A stretch of 64,000 bases of DNA. Source: the human T2T-CHM13v2.0 reference genome, Homo sapiens. A model generated the notes under the pieces. That model did no database searches, was not told where the DNA came from, and saw only the letters and a list, made by a program, of their open reading frames with translations. Position numbers and translations under genes: made by a program. Shown here piece after piece: positions 15,105 through 35,810 of the stretch (within the stretch, counting starts at the first letter, position 1; each line of letters starts with the position of its first letter). The stretch lies in assembly GCF_009914755.1 (NCBI RefSeq), contig NC_060926.1; one strand, written 5' to 3'.

Positions 15105-18100
15105 GTCACCTCAGACTTTACCCTCTCTTAGAAGGGCACCTCAAATAGTTTTCCCACCAGTCACTTTCATAGCCTGTAGAATTCATTTCTCATAACTCCC
15201 CTTTCCTCACAAAGCTTCACTGCATTTTCTGAAGAAGATTCCTACATTGCAGTGTAAATTTAATTGCTGTAGTTTTGAAAGTTAGTTTACTGATGTTATT
15301 GGAGTATGGAAGTCAAAGATGATTTTGTTTCAAGCTTTTTTCAGATTTACTGCTTAAAGATGGGCTAATCTCAGATTTCTGAGTGACTATTATAATACTT
15401 TTGTGGTCTGAAAATAACATCAAGCCTTGATGTATGGACTTTCTAAAAGTAATACATTCTTTGAGAGTTTAGTATCCCCTTTTATCATACTCTAATCATT
15501 AGAAATAGTATTCTTACATAATCATTAGAGCTATTTTCATCAATTCACACATTTTCATATATATCAGCCTTGCTAGCTATATTTCTCATGCCTGATGTTC
15601 CACTGACAGATAATGTTTTTATTAACACAAGAATCAAATTAGAAGTTAAAAATATTATAGCGGAATATGTAGAATATTTAGAAACCAGATATTTTAACTA
15701 AGTAATTTTAATACACATTCATGTATGTGCAAATCTGGGCATTCAAGGAATTCTGAAATCAGGAAAAAGTATGTATATTAGTCTCCCAAAATTTTATTTT
15801 TAAAAATGAATATTTTTCATTTTTTTCCGATTGTATTAACAAAGACTGTTATAAAGTATTTATCAAAGTAGCTAATGAATAAAAATGCATGTAAGCAATT
15901 GAAAACATTTAAGTTAGAATACAATTAGATTTTGTAGAGGAAAGGAATTTGCATTATTTCTAATTATCCTAATAAAATGTCCCCCAAATTTATTTCATGG
16001 GGCTAAGATGTTATTTTTACTTTTGTGGTTTTTTCTTGTTCTTAGCATGTGTCTTTAAAAAATGGCCTTTTGATTTTAATTTTTAAAAATTGTGATAAAT
16101 ATAAAATTTACTATCTTAACCATTTTAAAATGTGTGTTTCAGCAACATTAAGTACATTCACATTGTTGTACAGCCATCACCACCATCCGTTTCCACAACT
16201 CTTTTCATCTTGCAAAACTGAAACTCTCCACCCATTAAATAAGAACTCTCTACTCTCTCTCCCTAGCCCTTGTCAACCATCACTCTACTTTATGTCTATG
16301 ATTTTGGCTACTCCAAGTACCTCATATAAGTGGAATCGTATGGTATTTTGTGACCAGCTTATTTCACTTAGCATAGTGTATAATGTCCTCAAGCTTCATC
16401 CATGTTACAGCATATGTCAGAATGTCCTTCCTTTTTAAGGCTGAATAATATTCCACTGTATGTATATATCACATTTTGCATATCCTTTATCCACCAGTGG
16501 ACAATTTGGGTCACTTCCATGTTTAACTATTGTGAATAATGCACTGTCTATGAACACGTGCATGCAACTGTCTGTTCGAAACCTTCCTTTCAGTTCTTTT
16601 GAGTATATATCCAGAAGTGGAATTATTGGATCATGTGGTAATTATATTTTAATTTTTTGAGGAACTACCATATTGTTTTCCATAGTGGCTGCACCATTTT
16701 ACATTTGCACCAGGAGTGTAGAAGGATTCCAGTTTCTCCACTACCTTGCCAACACTTATTATTTTGTTTTGTTTTTTGTTATAGTAGCCATCCTAATGGG
16801 TATGAGGTGGTATCTCATTGTGGTTTTTATTTGAATATCCCTAATGATTAGTGACATTGAACATCTTTTCGTGTGACTGCTGCCCATTTGTATATCTTCT
16901 TTGGAGAAATGCCAATTCAAGTCCCTTGATCCTTTTTTTTAAATCAGGTTGTTTGTTTTTTTGTTGATTTGTAGGAGTTCTTTATATATTTTGGATATTA
17001 ACCCTTTAAAAAAGATATAATTTGCAAATATTTTCTCCCAATGTGTGGGTTGCCTTTTTACTCTGTTGATTATGTCCTTTGATCCATAGAAGTTTTCGGT
17101 TTTGAGGTAGTCTAGTTTATCAATTTTTTCTTTTATTGCCTATGCTTTTAGTGCCACATCCAATAAATCATTGCCAAATCCACTGTTGTGAAGCTTTTGC
17201 ATTATGTTTTCTTTTAAGAGTTTTATAGCTTTAGGTTTTATATTTAGGTCTTTGATGCATTTTGAGTTAATTTTTGTGTGTGATGTTAAGTAATGGTCTT
17301 ACTTCATTCTTTTATATGTGGATATCCAGTTTTCTCAACACCATTTGTTGAAGAGATTACCCTTTCTCCATTGAATGGTCTTGGAACCTTTGTCAAAAGT
17401 CATGTGATCATATATGTGTGGTTGACTTCTGGGCTTTCCATTTTCTTTCACCAGCCTATACATCTGTCTTTACACCACACTGTACCATACTGTTTTGGTT
17501 ACTGTAGCTTTGTAGTAGGTTTGAAAATCAGGAGGTGTGAGACCTCCAACTTTGTTTTTATTTTTCAAGATTATTTTGGCCATTTCGGGTGTCTTGGAAT
17601 TCCAAATGAATTTCAGGATAGATTTTTCTATTTGTACAAAAAATATCATTGGGATTTTCAGAGGGATTGCATTGCATCTGTAGATTATTTTGGGTAGGAT
17701 TGACATCTTAACATTATAAACTTTCAAATCCACAAACATGGCATGTCTTTCTATTTGTATCTTATTTAAATTCTTTCAACAATGTTTTGTAGTTTTCAGT
17801 GTAGGTTTTTCATCTCCTTAGTTAAGTTTATTTCTAAGTATTTTACACTTTTGATGCAATTATAAGTGAAATTATTTTTTTATAATTCTTTCCAGATAGC
17901 TCATTGTTAATGCATAGAAATACACCTGATTTTTATATGTTGATTTTCTATCCTGCAATTTTGCTGAATTTTATTCTTATTTTGTGTATGTGTGTGAAAT
18001 ATTTAGGGTTTTTTTCCTACCTAAAGATTGTGTTGTCTGTGATCAGAGGATACTTTTGCTTCTTCCTTTCTAATTTGGATGCCTTTATTTCGTCATCTTG

Positions 18101-18390
18101 CCTAGTTGCACTGGCTAGGACTTTTAGTACTATGTCGAACAGAAGTGATAAAGAGCACCCTTGTCTTGTTCCTAATCTTAATAAGAGAGCTTTCAGCCTT
18201 TCACCATTGAATATGATGTTAGCTGTGGACTTTTCATATATGGCCTTTAATATGTCGAAGCAGTTAATTTTTATTCCTAGTTTGTTGAGTGTTTTTATCA
18301 TAAAAAGGTGATAAATTTTGTCAAATGCTTTTTCTGCATCAATGGAGATGATCATGGGTTGTTTTTCCCTTCATTTTGTTTATGTGGTAT

Positions 18391-18745
18391 TGATATGGTT
18401 TGGCTGTGTCCCCACCCAAATCTCAACTTGAATTGTATCTCCCAGAATTCCCACATGTTGTGGGAGGGACCCAGGGGGAGGTAATTGAATCATGGGGGCC
18501 GATCTTTCCTGTGCAATTCTTGTGATAATGAGTAAGTCTCAAGAGATCTGATGGAGTTTTCAAGAGTTTCCACTTTTGCTTCTTCCTCATTTTCTCTTGA
18601 CGCCACCATATAAGAAGTGTCTTTCACCTCCTGCCATGATTCTGAGGCCTCCCCAGCTATGTGGAACTGTAAGTCCAATTAAACCTCTTTTTTCTTCCCA
18701 GTCTCGGGTATGTCTTTGTCAGCAGCATAAAAACAGACTAATACA
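18391..18745 (+). mobile_element. THE1A solo LTR (ERVL-MaLR)
   Basis: Starts TGATATGGTTTGGCTGTGTCCCCACCC, ends GACTAATACA; 355 bp; perfect 5-bp TSD ggtat at 18386-18390 and 18746-18750. Confidence 0.92.
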
Positions 18746-19550
18746 GGTATATTACATTGGCTGATTTTTACATTGAACTTCCTTGCATTCCTGGAATAAA
18801 TTCCATCTGGTTGTGATGTATAATCCTTCTAATGGGTTGTTGAATTCTGTTTGCTGTTATTTCATTCAGAATTTTTTTGTCAGTATTCATCAGGGATCAG
18901 GTCTTTAGTTTTCTTTACTGGTAGTGTCTTTGTCTAGCTTTGATATCAGGGTAATGCTGACCTCACAGAATGAGCTTGGGAGTGTTTCTTCCTCTTCAGT
19001 GTTTTGGAAGAGTTTGAGGAAGACTGCTGTTAATTGTTCTCCAGATGTTCTTCAAGTTATGTGACATCACTGTCAAACGCCACCAAATATTTGGGCTTTC
19101 ACTTTTTGGGAGGTTTTTAATTACTTTTTACTAGTTATAGATCTATTCAGATTTTCTATTTATTCCTGATTCAGACTTAGTAGTTTGTGTGTTTCCAGGA
19201 ATTTTTTCATTTCATCTAGGTTAATCAATTCGCTGGCATACAATTCTTCATATTACTCTTATAATCCTTTTTATTTCTATAAAATCAGTAATGTCCCCTC
19301 TTTCATTTCTGATTGTATTTATTTAGTCTCCTTTTTTTGTAGTCCAGCTAAAGGTTTATCAATTTTGTTGATCATTCTGAAGGACAAACTTGGTTTCATT
19401 GATTTCCTCTATTGTTTTTCTATTCTCTAATATGTTTATTTCTGATTTAATCTCTCTTATTCCTCTCTTCTGCTAGCTTTGGGGTTAGTTCTTTGTCTAG
19501 TTTCTTAATATTTCGATTTAGGTTGTTGATTCGGGACATTACCTTCTTTT

Positions 19551-26066
<6,516 letters not shown>

Positions 26067-26220
26067 ACAGAAGCATCTTTTTTCAAATCTAGGGCTCTGT
26101 GAAACATTTTGAAAACAGTCGATCTGTGGTTAATAGTTGGCAGTTAAGCCTGAGCTTCTCCAGGTGCTTCTGTTACTATACCCTTGAATTTATTAATTTG
26201 GCTTCATACACGTGAGTTTC

Positions 26221-27150
26221 TTTTTTTTTTTTTTTTTTAATTGATCATTCTTGGGTGTTTCTCGGAGAGGGGGATTTGGCAGGGTCATAGGACAATAGTG
26301 GAGGGAAGGTCAGCAGATAAACAAGTGAACAAAGGTCTCTGGGTTTCCTAGGCAGAGGACCCTGCAGCCTTCCGCAGTGTTTGTGTCCCTGGGTACTTGA
26401 GATTAGGGAGTGGTGATGACTCTTAATGAGCATGCTGCCTTCAAGCATCTGTTTAACAAAGCACATCTTGCACTGCCCTTAATCCATTTAACCCTGAGTG
26501 GACACAGCACATGTTTCAGAGAGCACAGGGTTGGGGGCAAGGTCATAGATCAACAGCATCCCAAGGCAGAAGAATCTTTCTTAGTACAGAACAAAATGGA
26601 GTCTCCTATGTCTACTTCTTTCTACACAGACACAGCAACAATCTGATTTCTCTATCTTTTCCCCACATTTCCCCCCTTTCTATTCCACAAAACCGCCATC
26701 GTCATCATGGCCCGTTCTCAATGAGCTGTTGGGTACACCTACCAGACGGGGTGGCGGCCGGGCAGAGGGGCTCCTCACTTCCCAGCAGGGGCGGCGGGGC
26801 AGAGGCGCCCCCCCACCTCCCGGACGGGGCGGCGGCCAGGCGGAGGTGCCCCCCACCTCCCTCCCGGACAGGGCGGCTGGCCGGGCGGGGGCTGCCCCCC
26901 ACCTCCCTCCCGGACGGGGCGGCTGGCCTGGCGGGGGCTGCCCCCCACCTCCCTCCCGGACGTGGCGGCTGCCGGGCGGAGGCGCTCCTCACTTCCCAGA
27001 CGGGGCGGCTGCCAGATGGAGGGGCTCCTCACTTCTCAGACGGGGCGCCTGCCGGGCGGAGGGGCTCCTCACTTCTCAGACAGGGCAGCTGCCGGGCGGA
27101 GGGGCTCCTCACTTCTCAGACAGGGCGGCTGCCGGGCGGAGGGGCTCCTC
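26221..27150 (-). mobile_element. SVA, 5'-truncated within the VNTR (SVA_C/D-like)
   Basis: Poly(T), SINE-R ('ttgatcattcttgggtgtttctcggagaggggg'), GC-rich VNTR; perfect TSD catacacgtgagtttc at 26205-26220 and 27151-27166. Confidence 0.95.
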
Positions 27151-29042
27151 CATACACGTGAGTTTCTTTGGTTGAGTCCGTTGTACAAAAATCTTCCTTC
27201 TTTTAATGTAAGCATTTCCAGGTATAAATTTTCCTCCTATCACCTCTTTTGCTACATCCCATAAGTTTTTGGTATGTTATGTTTTCATTTTCATTTGACT
27301 CAAGATGTTTTCTTATTTGCCTTGTGATTGCATCTTTGGCCCATTGGTTGTTTAAAAGTATGTTTTTTAATTCTCACATATTTATGGATTTTCCAGTTTT
27401 TCTTCTGCTGATTTCTAGTTTCATGTTTATTGTGATCCAGAAAATATGCTTCATATAATTTCTATGTTTGTAAATTAACTAAGACTTATTTCGTGGCCTA
27501 ATATATTATCTACTTGGAGAATATTCCACATGCATTGGAGACGAATGTGTATTCTGTTATTTTTGGGTGGCATGGTCTATATGTGTTGTTAGGACCTACA
27601 GGTTTATAGGTCTATAGTGATGTTTAAGTCCTCTATTTCCTTACTAATCATCCGCCTGGTTGTTTTATCCATTATTAAAATTGGGTCATTGAATTCGTTT
27701 ACTATTACTTTATTATTAAAGTAATGGTATTACTATGGTATTATTATTTTATTTTTACTATTATTGTGTTGCTATTTCTTTTTTCAATTCTGTCAGTGTT
27801 TGCTTCATATATTTAGGAAGGATGATGTTGAGTGCATTTAGTGTTATTGTTATATCTTCTTGGTAATTGGCTCTTTTATTATGTCCTGCCTTTGTCTCTT
27901 GTACAATTTTTGACTTAAAGTCTATTTTGTCTACTAGTATAGCCACTCCCACTCTCTTTTGTTTACTGTTTTCATGAAATATGTTTTTCTGTCCTTCCAT
28001 ATTCAACATATGTGTGTTTTTAGATCAAAAATTAGTCTCTTTTGGACAGCATATCGTTAAATCCCAATTTTTAAAACCCATTCTGCCAATATACCTTTTG
28101 ATTGAGGAATTTAATCCCATTTATATTTGAAGTCATTACAGATAGGAAAGGACTTATTATTTCATTTTGTTATTGATTTTGTATATGCCATAGATTTTTT
28201 TGTCCCTCATTTTCTCCATTGCTACCTCTCTTTGTGTTTAGTTTTTTTTTTTTTTTTAGTGATATGTTTTGATTTCCTTTTACATATATTCTATAAATAT
28301 GTTTTGTGGTTGCCATGGGGATTATTCATAGCATCCTAAAGTTATAACAACATATTTTAAATTCATACCAACTTAATTTTAATTACATACAAAAATTCTA
28401 CTCCTTTCCAGCTCCACCACCCATGTATTTTGTTGATATTACAAATTACATCTTTATGTTGTATTATCATTAATCTAGAATCATTAATATAGATTCATAA
28501 TTACTTTTTACTTTTCTCTTTAGATGATGTAAAAGAATAAAAGGTGGAGTTATGAGCCAAACTTAGAATAATTCTGTTATATTTTCCCATGTCTTTACCT
28601 TTACTACAGAATATTATATTTTTGTATGGTTCAAGTGACTGTCTAAGGTCCTTTTTGTTTCAACTTGAGGGACTCCTTTTAGCATTTATTGTAGGGAAAT
28701 TCTAGTGATAGTGAACTTCCTCAGCTTTTATTTAGAAATATTTTAATTTCTCCCTCATTTTTGAAGGACAGTTTTGCTGTTTATAGAAATCTCAGGTAAC
28801 AGGTTTCTCTTTTCTTTCAGCACTTTAAATATATCGTCCCACTGCCTTCTGGTTTGCAAGGTTTCTGCTGAGAAATCTGCTGATGATTTTATTGAGGAAT
28901 CCTTAAATGTAATGAGTTGCTTTTCTTTTGCTGCTTTTGAGATTCTTTTTGTCTTTAGCATTCAGTACTTTAAGTATGATATTCTTGGTGTGGATCTTTT
29001 TGGGTTTATCCCACTTGGAGTTTGTTAAGTTATTGCATTTGT

Positions 29043-29351
<309 letters not shown>

Positions 29352-29646
29352 TCATTGTGTTTCCTAGATTTGGGCTTTGGCCGTTGTTTCTTCAAATTAG
29401 CTTACTGCCACTTTCTCTCTCTTCTCCTTCTGGAACCCCTACAATATGTGTATATGTCTGCTTCATGAGGCCCCGTAGGTCCTTTAGGCTCTATTTACTT
29501 TTTTTTCATTTTTTATTCTTTTTGTTCCTCAGAACCAATATTTTCAAATGACCTGTCTTAAAGTTTGCCTGGTTGTTTGTTTGTTTTTTTGCCTGTTTGA
29601 GTCTTCTGTTGGTCCCTTCCAGTAAATTTTTAGTTCAGTTATCATA

Positions 29647-30945
29647 TGAGAGGGTCTTCAAAAAGTTCATGGAAAATGAATATTATGAAAAAACTATGCA
29701 CTGGTTTCACACTTTTTTGCACCAAAATAAGCTTATGCTAACTCACCATAATATATCTGAAAAAGATCTAGTTTGAGACACTAAGAAGGATAAGACATTA
29801 GTTTGATAAAAGCCCCTATCAGAGCAACATGCATTTTACTAAAATTGAAGCAAGAACAAACATCAAATTTATGGTGAAGCTTGGGTGGAAGAATGGTGAA
29901 ATCATTGATGCTTTACAAAAAGTTTATGGGGACAGTGCCCGAAAGAAATAAGCCAAATGGAGAGCTCATTTTAAGAAGGGATGAGGTGATGTTAAAGATG
30001 AAGCCCACAGAGACACTTCCACATCAATTTGCAAGAAAAAAATGAATTTTGTTTGTGTCCTCTAATTGAAGAAAACCAATGATTAATAGCAGAAATAATA
30101 GCTAGTACCATAGACATCTCTGTTGGTTCTGTTTATACTATTCTGACTAAAAAATTAAAGTTAAACAAACTTTCCATTGAATGGGTGCTAAAACTGTTGC
30201 ATCAAGATCAGCTGCAGAGAAGAACAGAGCTTTCAAGAGAAATTATTAACAAGTGGGATGAAGATCTTGAAGCATTTCTTTAAGGAATCATAACAGGAGA
30301 TGAAATATGGCCTTACCAGTCCAATCCTGAAGACAAAGTACAATCAAAGCAATGGCGCCCAAGAGGTGAAAGTGGTCCAATCAAAGCAAAAGCAGACTGG
30401 TCAAGAGAAATGTCATGGCAACAGACTTTTGGATGCTCAAGGTATTTTGCTTGTTGACTTTCTAGAAGACCAAAGAATGATGACATCTACTTATTATGAA
30501 AGTGTTTTGAGAAAGTTAGTCAAAGCTTTAGTAGGAAAATTCTGGGGAAAGCATCATCAGAGTATTCTTCTCCACCATGATGATACTCCTGCTCATTCCT
30601 CTCATCGAACAAGGGCAATTTTGCAAGAGTTTCTTTCAGTGGGAAATCATTAGGCTTCCACCTTAGAGTCCTCATTTGATTTGGCTCTTTTCAACTTTTG
30701 TTTCCTAATCTTAAAAAAAATTTTTTAAAGCACCAATTTTTCTTCAGTTAATAATGTACAAAAGACAACATTGATATGGTTCAATTCCCAGGACCCTCAG
30801 TTCTTTAGAGATGGACTAAATGGCTGGTATGTTCACTTACAAAATTGTCTTGACCTTGATGAATTATGTGCTGAGAAATAAAGTTTATGTTTTGTATTTT
30901 TATCTTTTAATTCCTTTTTTCCGTGAACTTTTTGAAGTCCCCTCA
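29647..30945 (+). mobile_element. Full-length HSMAR2 mariner DNA transposon with decayed transposase
   Basis: TIRs TGAGAGGGTCTTCAAAAAGTTCATGGAAAA...TTTTCCGTGAACTTTTTGAAGTCCCCTCA; TA on both sides; 1299 bp; transposase start at 29829 (MHFTKIEARTNIKFMVKLGWKNGEII); TGDE and HHDDTPAH motifs; stops and frameshifts. Confidence 0.93.
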
Positions 30946-31042
30946 TACTTACCAAAGCTCTAGATGACATAAAATTTCAGGACATGTTGTATGTGGTAGT
31001 TTCTTGGTCTCCCACAAAGATATTTCAGAAAGTCTGTTGTTA

Positions 31043-31364
<322 letters not shown>

Positions 31365-31984
31365 AGAAAGTCTGTTGTTGTTTACTTGATGTTTTCATGG
31401 GGAAATGAGGACCTATTTCAATGTAACTCACTCCTGATGTACTTATGTAAATACACTCTTTTATTTTCACAGTAAATAATGTCTTTTTCTCCCAAAATAA
31501 TGCAACTCTGCTTTCAGAGATGCTGTTGTTGCTATTGAAATAAACAGTTGATCATGCAGAGTTGAAGGGATAGGAACAATGGCATAGTTTTTGTGAAAAT
31601 TTAGAGCAGAAGAAAGGACCAGAAAAGTGCATGTAGAACAAATGTTTGTAAGCAAATTTGACATCTTAAGATGAACTTCTCTAGACCTGCTGAAAGGCTA
31701 TTAGAAAATTCTAGGTTTGACATCAGATAATCTATGAAATGCCTTTGGGAGGAGGGCTGGGTAGTACAAAACTAATTTCTAACCCAAAGTTAATAAATAC
31801 AGTTAAATTTTCTCAATAATGCATGGATATGCCCTATTTTTAAAATTCTCTTTCAGAACTTTCTTATAAGTTTCTGAGAAATATCCAGTTTTAAATAGAA
31901 GATCCCTGTTCAAAGTAGGAAACCAATTTTCCCACAGCTGGGTTTTTTTTTTTTTTCAATGTGGGAAATAGACTAGCGTACATG

Positions 31985-34900
31985 TTCTCTTTTGTTGCCC
32001 AGTTTACCTGTTGCTATACCAATACCACATTGACCCAGTTTCTTTAGCTTTATCCTTTATACTGCAGTTCTGATATTGGTTCTTCAAAATTGTCTTGGCT
32101 CTTCTTGCACTTGCCTTTCCATATTAATTTTAGGGTCAGGTCTGTTCCATAGAAAATTCCATTGGAATTTTTCTCAGAATTGCATTAAAAGTATAAATTA
32201 ATGTGGAGCCTTATGAAATTGTTTTAATTAAATTTTCGTATCCATGAATATATTGTTTTCCATTTACTTAGGTATTCTTTAATGTTTTCAGATATTATTT
32301 TGTAATTTTCCCCAGAAAACTCATTTTAAAACTTTTGTGAAATTTTTTCATAGGTATCTTATATTTTTCTTACTATTATAAATGTTATATTTTTATAAAA
32401 TTATATTTTCTTGTTTTATAGAGTATAAGAACAAAATTGATTTTGGAAGATTTATTATAAATCCTAATTAGTTCTAATTACTTATATGTAAATTTTGTTA
32501 GGTCCTCTATTGAATAATCTTCAAAAAATAAGATTGTTTCTTTTTTCCAATTATTATAATTTTTGTTTTTCTTTTAATATTGTGCCAAAAAGACTTCCAG
32601 TACAATGTTGAATAGAAGAGCAATATTGGACATATTTTTCTATTCTTGATTTTGAAGAGACTGCTTCTAATGTTTCATAATTAAGTGTGAAATGTATTAT
32701 TGTATTTAGCATATAGCCTTTTTCAGGTTTGAAAGGCTCCTCCCTCCCTCCCTTCCTTCCTATTTTTTCTTTCTTTTTTTTCTCTCCTGCTTGCTTCCTT
32801 GCTTTCTCTTTCTTTCCTTCCTTTCCCTTTCCTGTTTTCTTTCCCTTTCCCTTTTCAACAGTTTCTTACTCTGTCTCCCAGGCTGGAGTGCAGTGGCACA
32901 ATCATAGCTTACTGCAGCCTCAACTTTCTAGACTCAAGCTATCCTCTCACCTCACCCTCCTGAGTAGTTGGGACTACAGGTGTGGGCCACTAAACCCAGC
33001 TAATTTTTTAATTTTTTGTAGAGACAGTGTTTTGCCATGTTGTGCAGGCTAGTTTTGGACTCCTGGGCTCAAGTGATCTTCCTGCCTCCTGAAGTGCTGG
33101 GAATATACCGCACCTGGCTGCCTTCTATTTCTTGTTTAAGGCTTTGGTATTTCTTTTGTCCTGAAGTGGTGTTGGAATTTATTGGAAAAAAAAATTTTTT
33201 TGGTAATGACTGAATTGATCAGATAGGTCTCATCTGTTGCGCCAGAGAAATTGTCTAATGTCAAACTGTGCTTGTAATTTCTAGTATAATCTCAATTTGG
33301 TTGTAATACATAATTTTATATTTGTTGCAATAGCTTGATTGATATTTTATTGAGGATTTTTGCATTTATGTTTATGTGTAAGATTGGCCTATAATTTTTA
33401 TTTTTTGTAATATTCATGTTTGGTTTTTGTGTCAGTTATATTAGTTTTATAAAATAAACCTGAGGGGCATTCCATCTTTAGTAATTCTTTAGAAGAATTT
33501 GAATAAGCCTAATTATTTGGATATATGGCAGATTTCACAATAAAACTATTCTATGTGTGCATGGGAGAGACAGAATTAGAGCAAGAGATAGAGAGCAAGT
33601 TGCAGTAGATACATAATTCTGATGTAATTCATTTAATGGCTATAGCAACATTTGAGTTTTTGTTCTTATAAAGAATAACATAAAGATAATAGCTTTATAC
33701 CTTTATAAAAGCTGTATATTATTTGTTACCATAAAGCTCCATCTTTTAAATTACATAATTTGGTGGTTTTTATTTGCAGAGTTGCCCATTTTTAAATTGA
33801 ATTATTTGTCTTTTTATTGTCGAATTGTTAAGAGTTTTATATATATTTTGTATACAAGTCTCTTATCAGATATATGATTCATAACATATTTTCTTCTATT
33901 CTGTGGGTTTTTTCACTTTTTTAATGGTATCTTTTGAAGCACCTAAGTTTTTCATTTTGATAAAGTCTAATTTATTCATTTTTTTCTTTTGTCACTTGTG
34001 CTTATGATGTCATGTCTAAGAAACCATTGCTTAATCCAAGATCACAAATATTTGCTCCTATGTTTTCTTATGAGAAAGAAAACATATACATATAAAATGT
34101 TGTCAAACATTTTATAGTTCTAGCTCTTACACTTAGGTTTGATACATTTTGAGTTAATTTTTATATATGATAGGAAGTGAGAGTTCCTTTTTTGCATTTG
34201 CTTATCCATTTGTTCTAGCACTATTTGTTGAAGAGTATTGTTTCCTCCGCTAAACTGTCTTGGCACTCTTATCAAAATAAACTGATCATAATTTTAAGAA
34301 ATTATTTCTGGACGCTTAATTTTGAATAGATGATCCATAATGTCTATTTCATATGTCTTACCCCAAGGACTAAAATATATTCGTCTGTATTTTGTACTAG
34401 ATTTTTAAAATATATAACATTTTCTTAAACTATCCAGTTATGTTTTTTAAAAATATAAGGTAGAGTTTCAATTTCATCTTTTTCCATAGAGATAACAATT
34501 TTTCCCATCTGAATGCCTGAATTTCCTACTGATCTTACATGCCAACTCTCCCATGTACCACATTTTCATATGCATGTGGGTCTGTTTCTAGGCTCTGTTC
34601 TATCATTCACTCATCTATTGCTGTACCAATACCACACTGTCTTTAATTATTATAGCTTCATAGTAGGTCCTAATATCTGGTGGGGTAAGTCTTCTCTCCT
34701 TGCTCCCTTTAAGAGTGCTTTGGCTGTCCTGGGCTCTTTGCTTTTTCATATAACTTTTAGAATCATCTTATTTAATTCTACAAAAATTCCTATTAGGCTT
34801 ATAAAGTTTGAATTGCATTGAATCTATAGATTAACCTGGAAAGAATTCACATATTTATGATATTGGGTCTTCTAAACCATGAACGTGATATATTTCTCCA

Positions 34901-35190
34901 TGAATTTAGGTCATTTTAGAAACATCTTTTAATATGCTTTTATAATTTTCTCCATTGAATTTTCACATATCTTTTGTTAGATTTATTCCTAGCCATTTGA
35001 TATTCTCTGAGGTCACTGCAAATTGAATATTTTATTTAATTATGTTTGTAGTTTTTTGCTGATATGTAGAAATTAAACTGACTTTCATATGTTAATATTA
35101 TATTCAGCCAATTTGCTATACTCTCCTATTAATCAAAATTTGTAGAATTTTTATTTTTATGTAAATAATCATAACATCTGCAATAATAAG
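31985..35190 (-). mobile_element. Cluster of old L1M (MC/MD/ME-type) fragments
   Basis: Degenerate antisense ORF2 phrases ('cttccagtacaatgttgaatagaag', 'attttattgaggatttttgcat', 'accaataccacactgtctt', 'gaattgcattgaatctatagattaa'). Confidence 0.7.
32740..33119 (-). mobile_element. AluJ with a CT-rich degenerate tail
   Basis: Antisense Alu with J-type 'atcatagcttactgcagcctcaac' and 'ctcctgggctcaagtgatc'; pyrimidine-rich simple repeat at 32740-32855. Confidence 0.85.
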
Positions 35191-35810
35191 AAGATTACAT
35201 TTGAACAAAGATATGAAATATGCAAAGAAATAAACTATATGAATATCTGGAGAAGAACATACCAGGCAGAAGAAAGAAAAAATACAAAGGGTTTAAAGCA
35301 GGAACATGACTGATATGTTCAAGGAATATCAAGGAAGTTAGAGTTTCTGGAATGCTGTGAGCAAGCAGGAAAGTGATAGAAGATAAGACCAGAGGTATTG
35401 GCCAGATTATGTTAGGCCTTGTAGACCCCTGAAAGGACTTAGGTTTTCACTCTGACTTGGACATCTGATGGAGGGTTTTGAGCAAAGGAGTGACGTGATC
35501 TGAGTTATTCTTGCTACTCTGTTGAGAATAGAATATAAGGGTCAAGGACTAAAGCAAAGAGGTGTGATAAGGGGTCATTGCAGTAATCCAGATGAGATGA
35601 TGGAGGCTTAGACCAAGGTGTTAGTGGGGAGAGGTGGGGAGAAGTGGCTAGATTCTGGATGTATTTTGACGATAGAACCAGCAGGATTTGCTAACAGACT
35701 GGGTATTGCTTAAGAGAAAGAAAAAAGCATCAAGGATGATTCCAAGTTTTTTGGTTTGAGCAATTGGAAGAGTAGAGTTTCCGTTAGTAAAGAATGTTAT
35801 TGAAGAAGTG
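35190..35810 (-). mobile_element. L2 fragment
   Basis: GA-rich antisense L2 phrases ('ggagggttttgagcaaaggagtgacgtgatctga', 'gagaagtggctagattctggatgtattttg'). Confidence 0.75.

Noticed and set aside
26680-27150. CRISPR-like or other prokaryotic-type repeat array
   Set aside because: The periodic ~40-nt units are the SVA VNTR with no unique spacers, and the window is primate DNA.
26511-27264. Several overlapping GC-rich ORFs of up to 216 aa
   Set aside because: They lie in the SVA VNTR/SINE-R, where stop codons are scarce because of repeat composition.
30300-30653. 117-aa ORF as a domesticated transposase
   Set aside because: Only its distal part is in the transposase frame, and the catalytic motifs are split by frameshifts.
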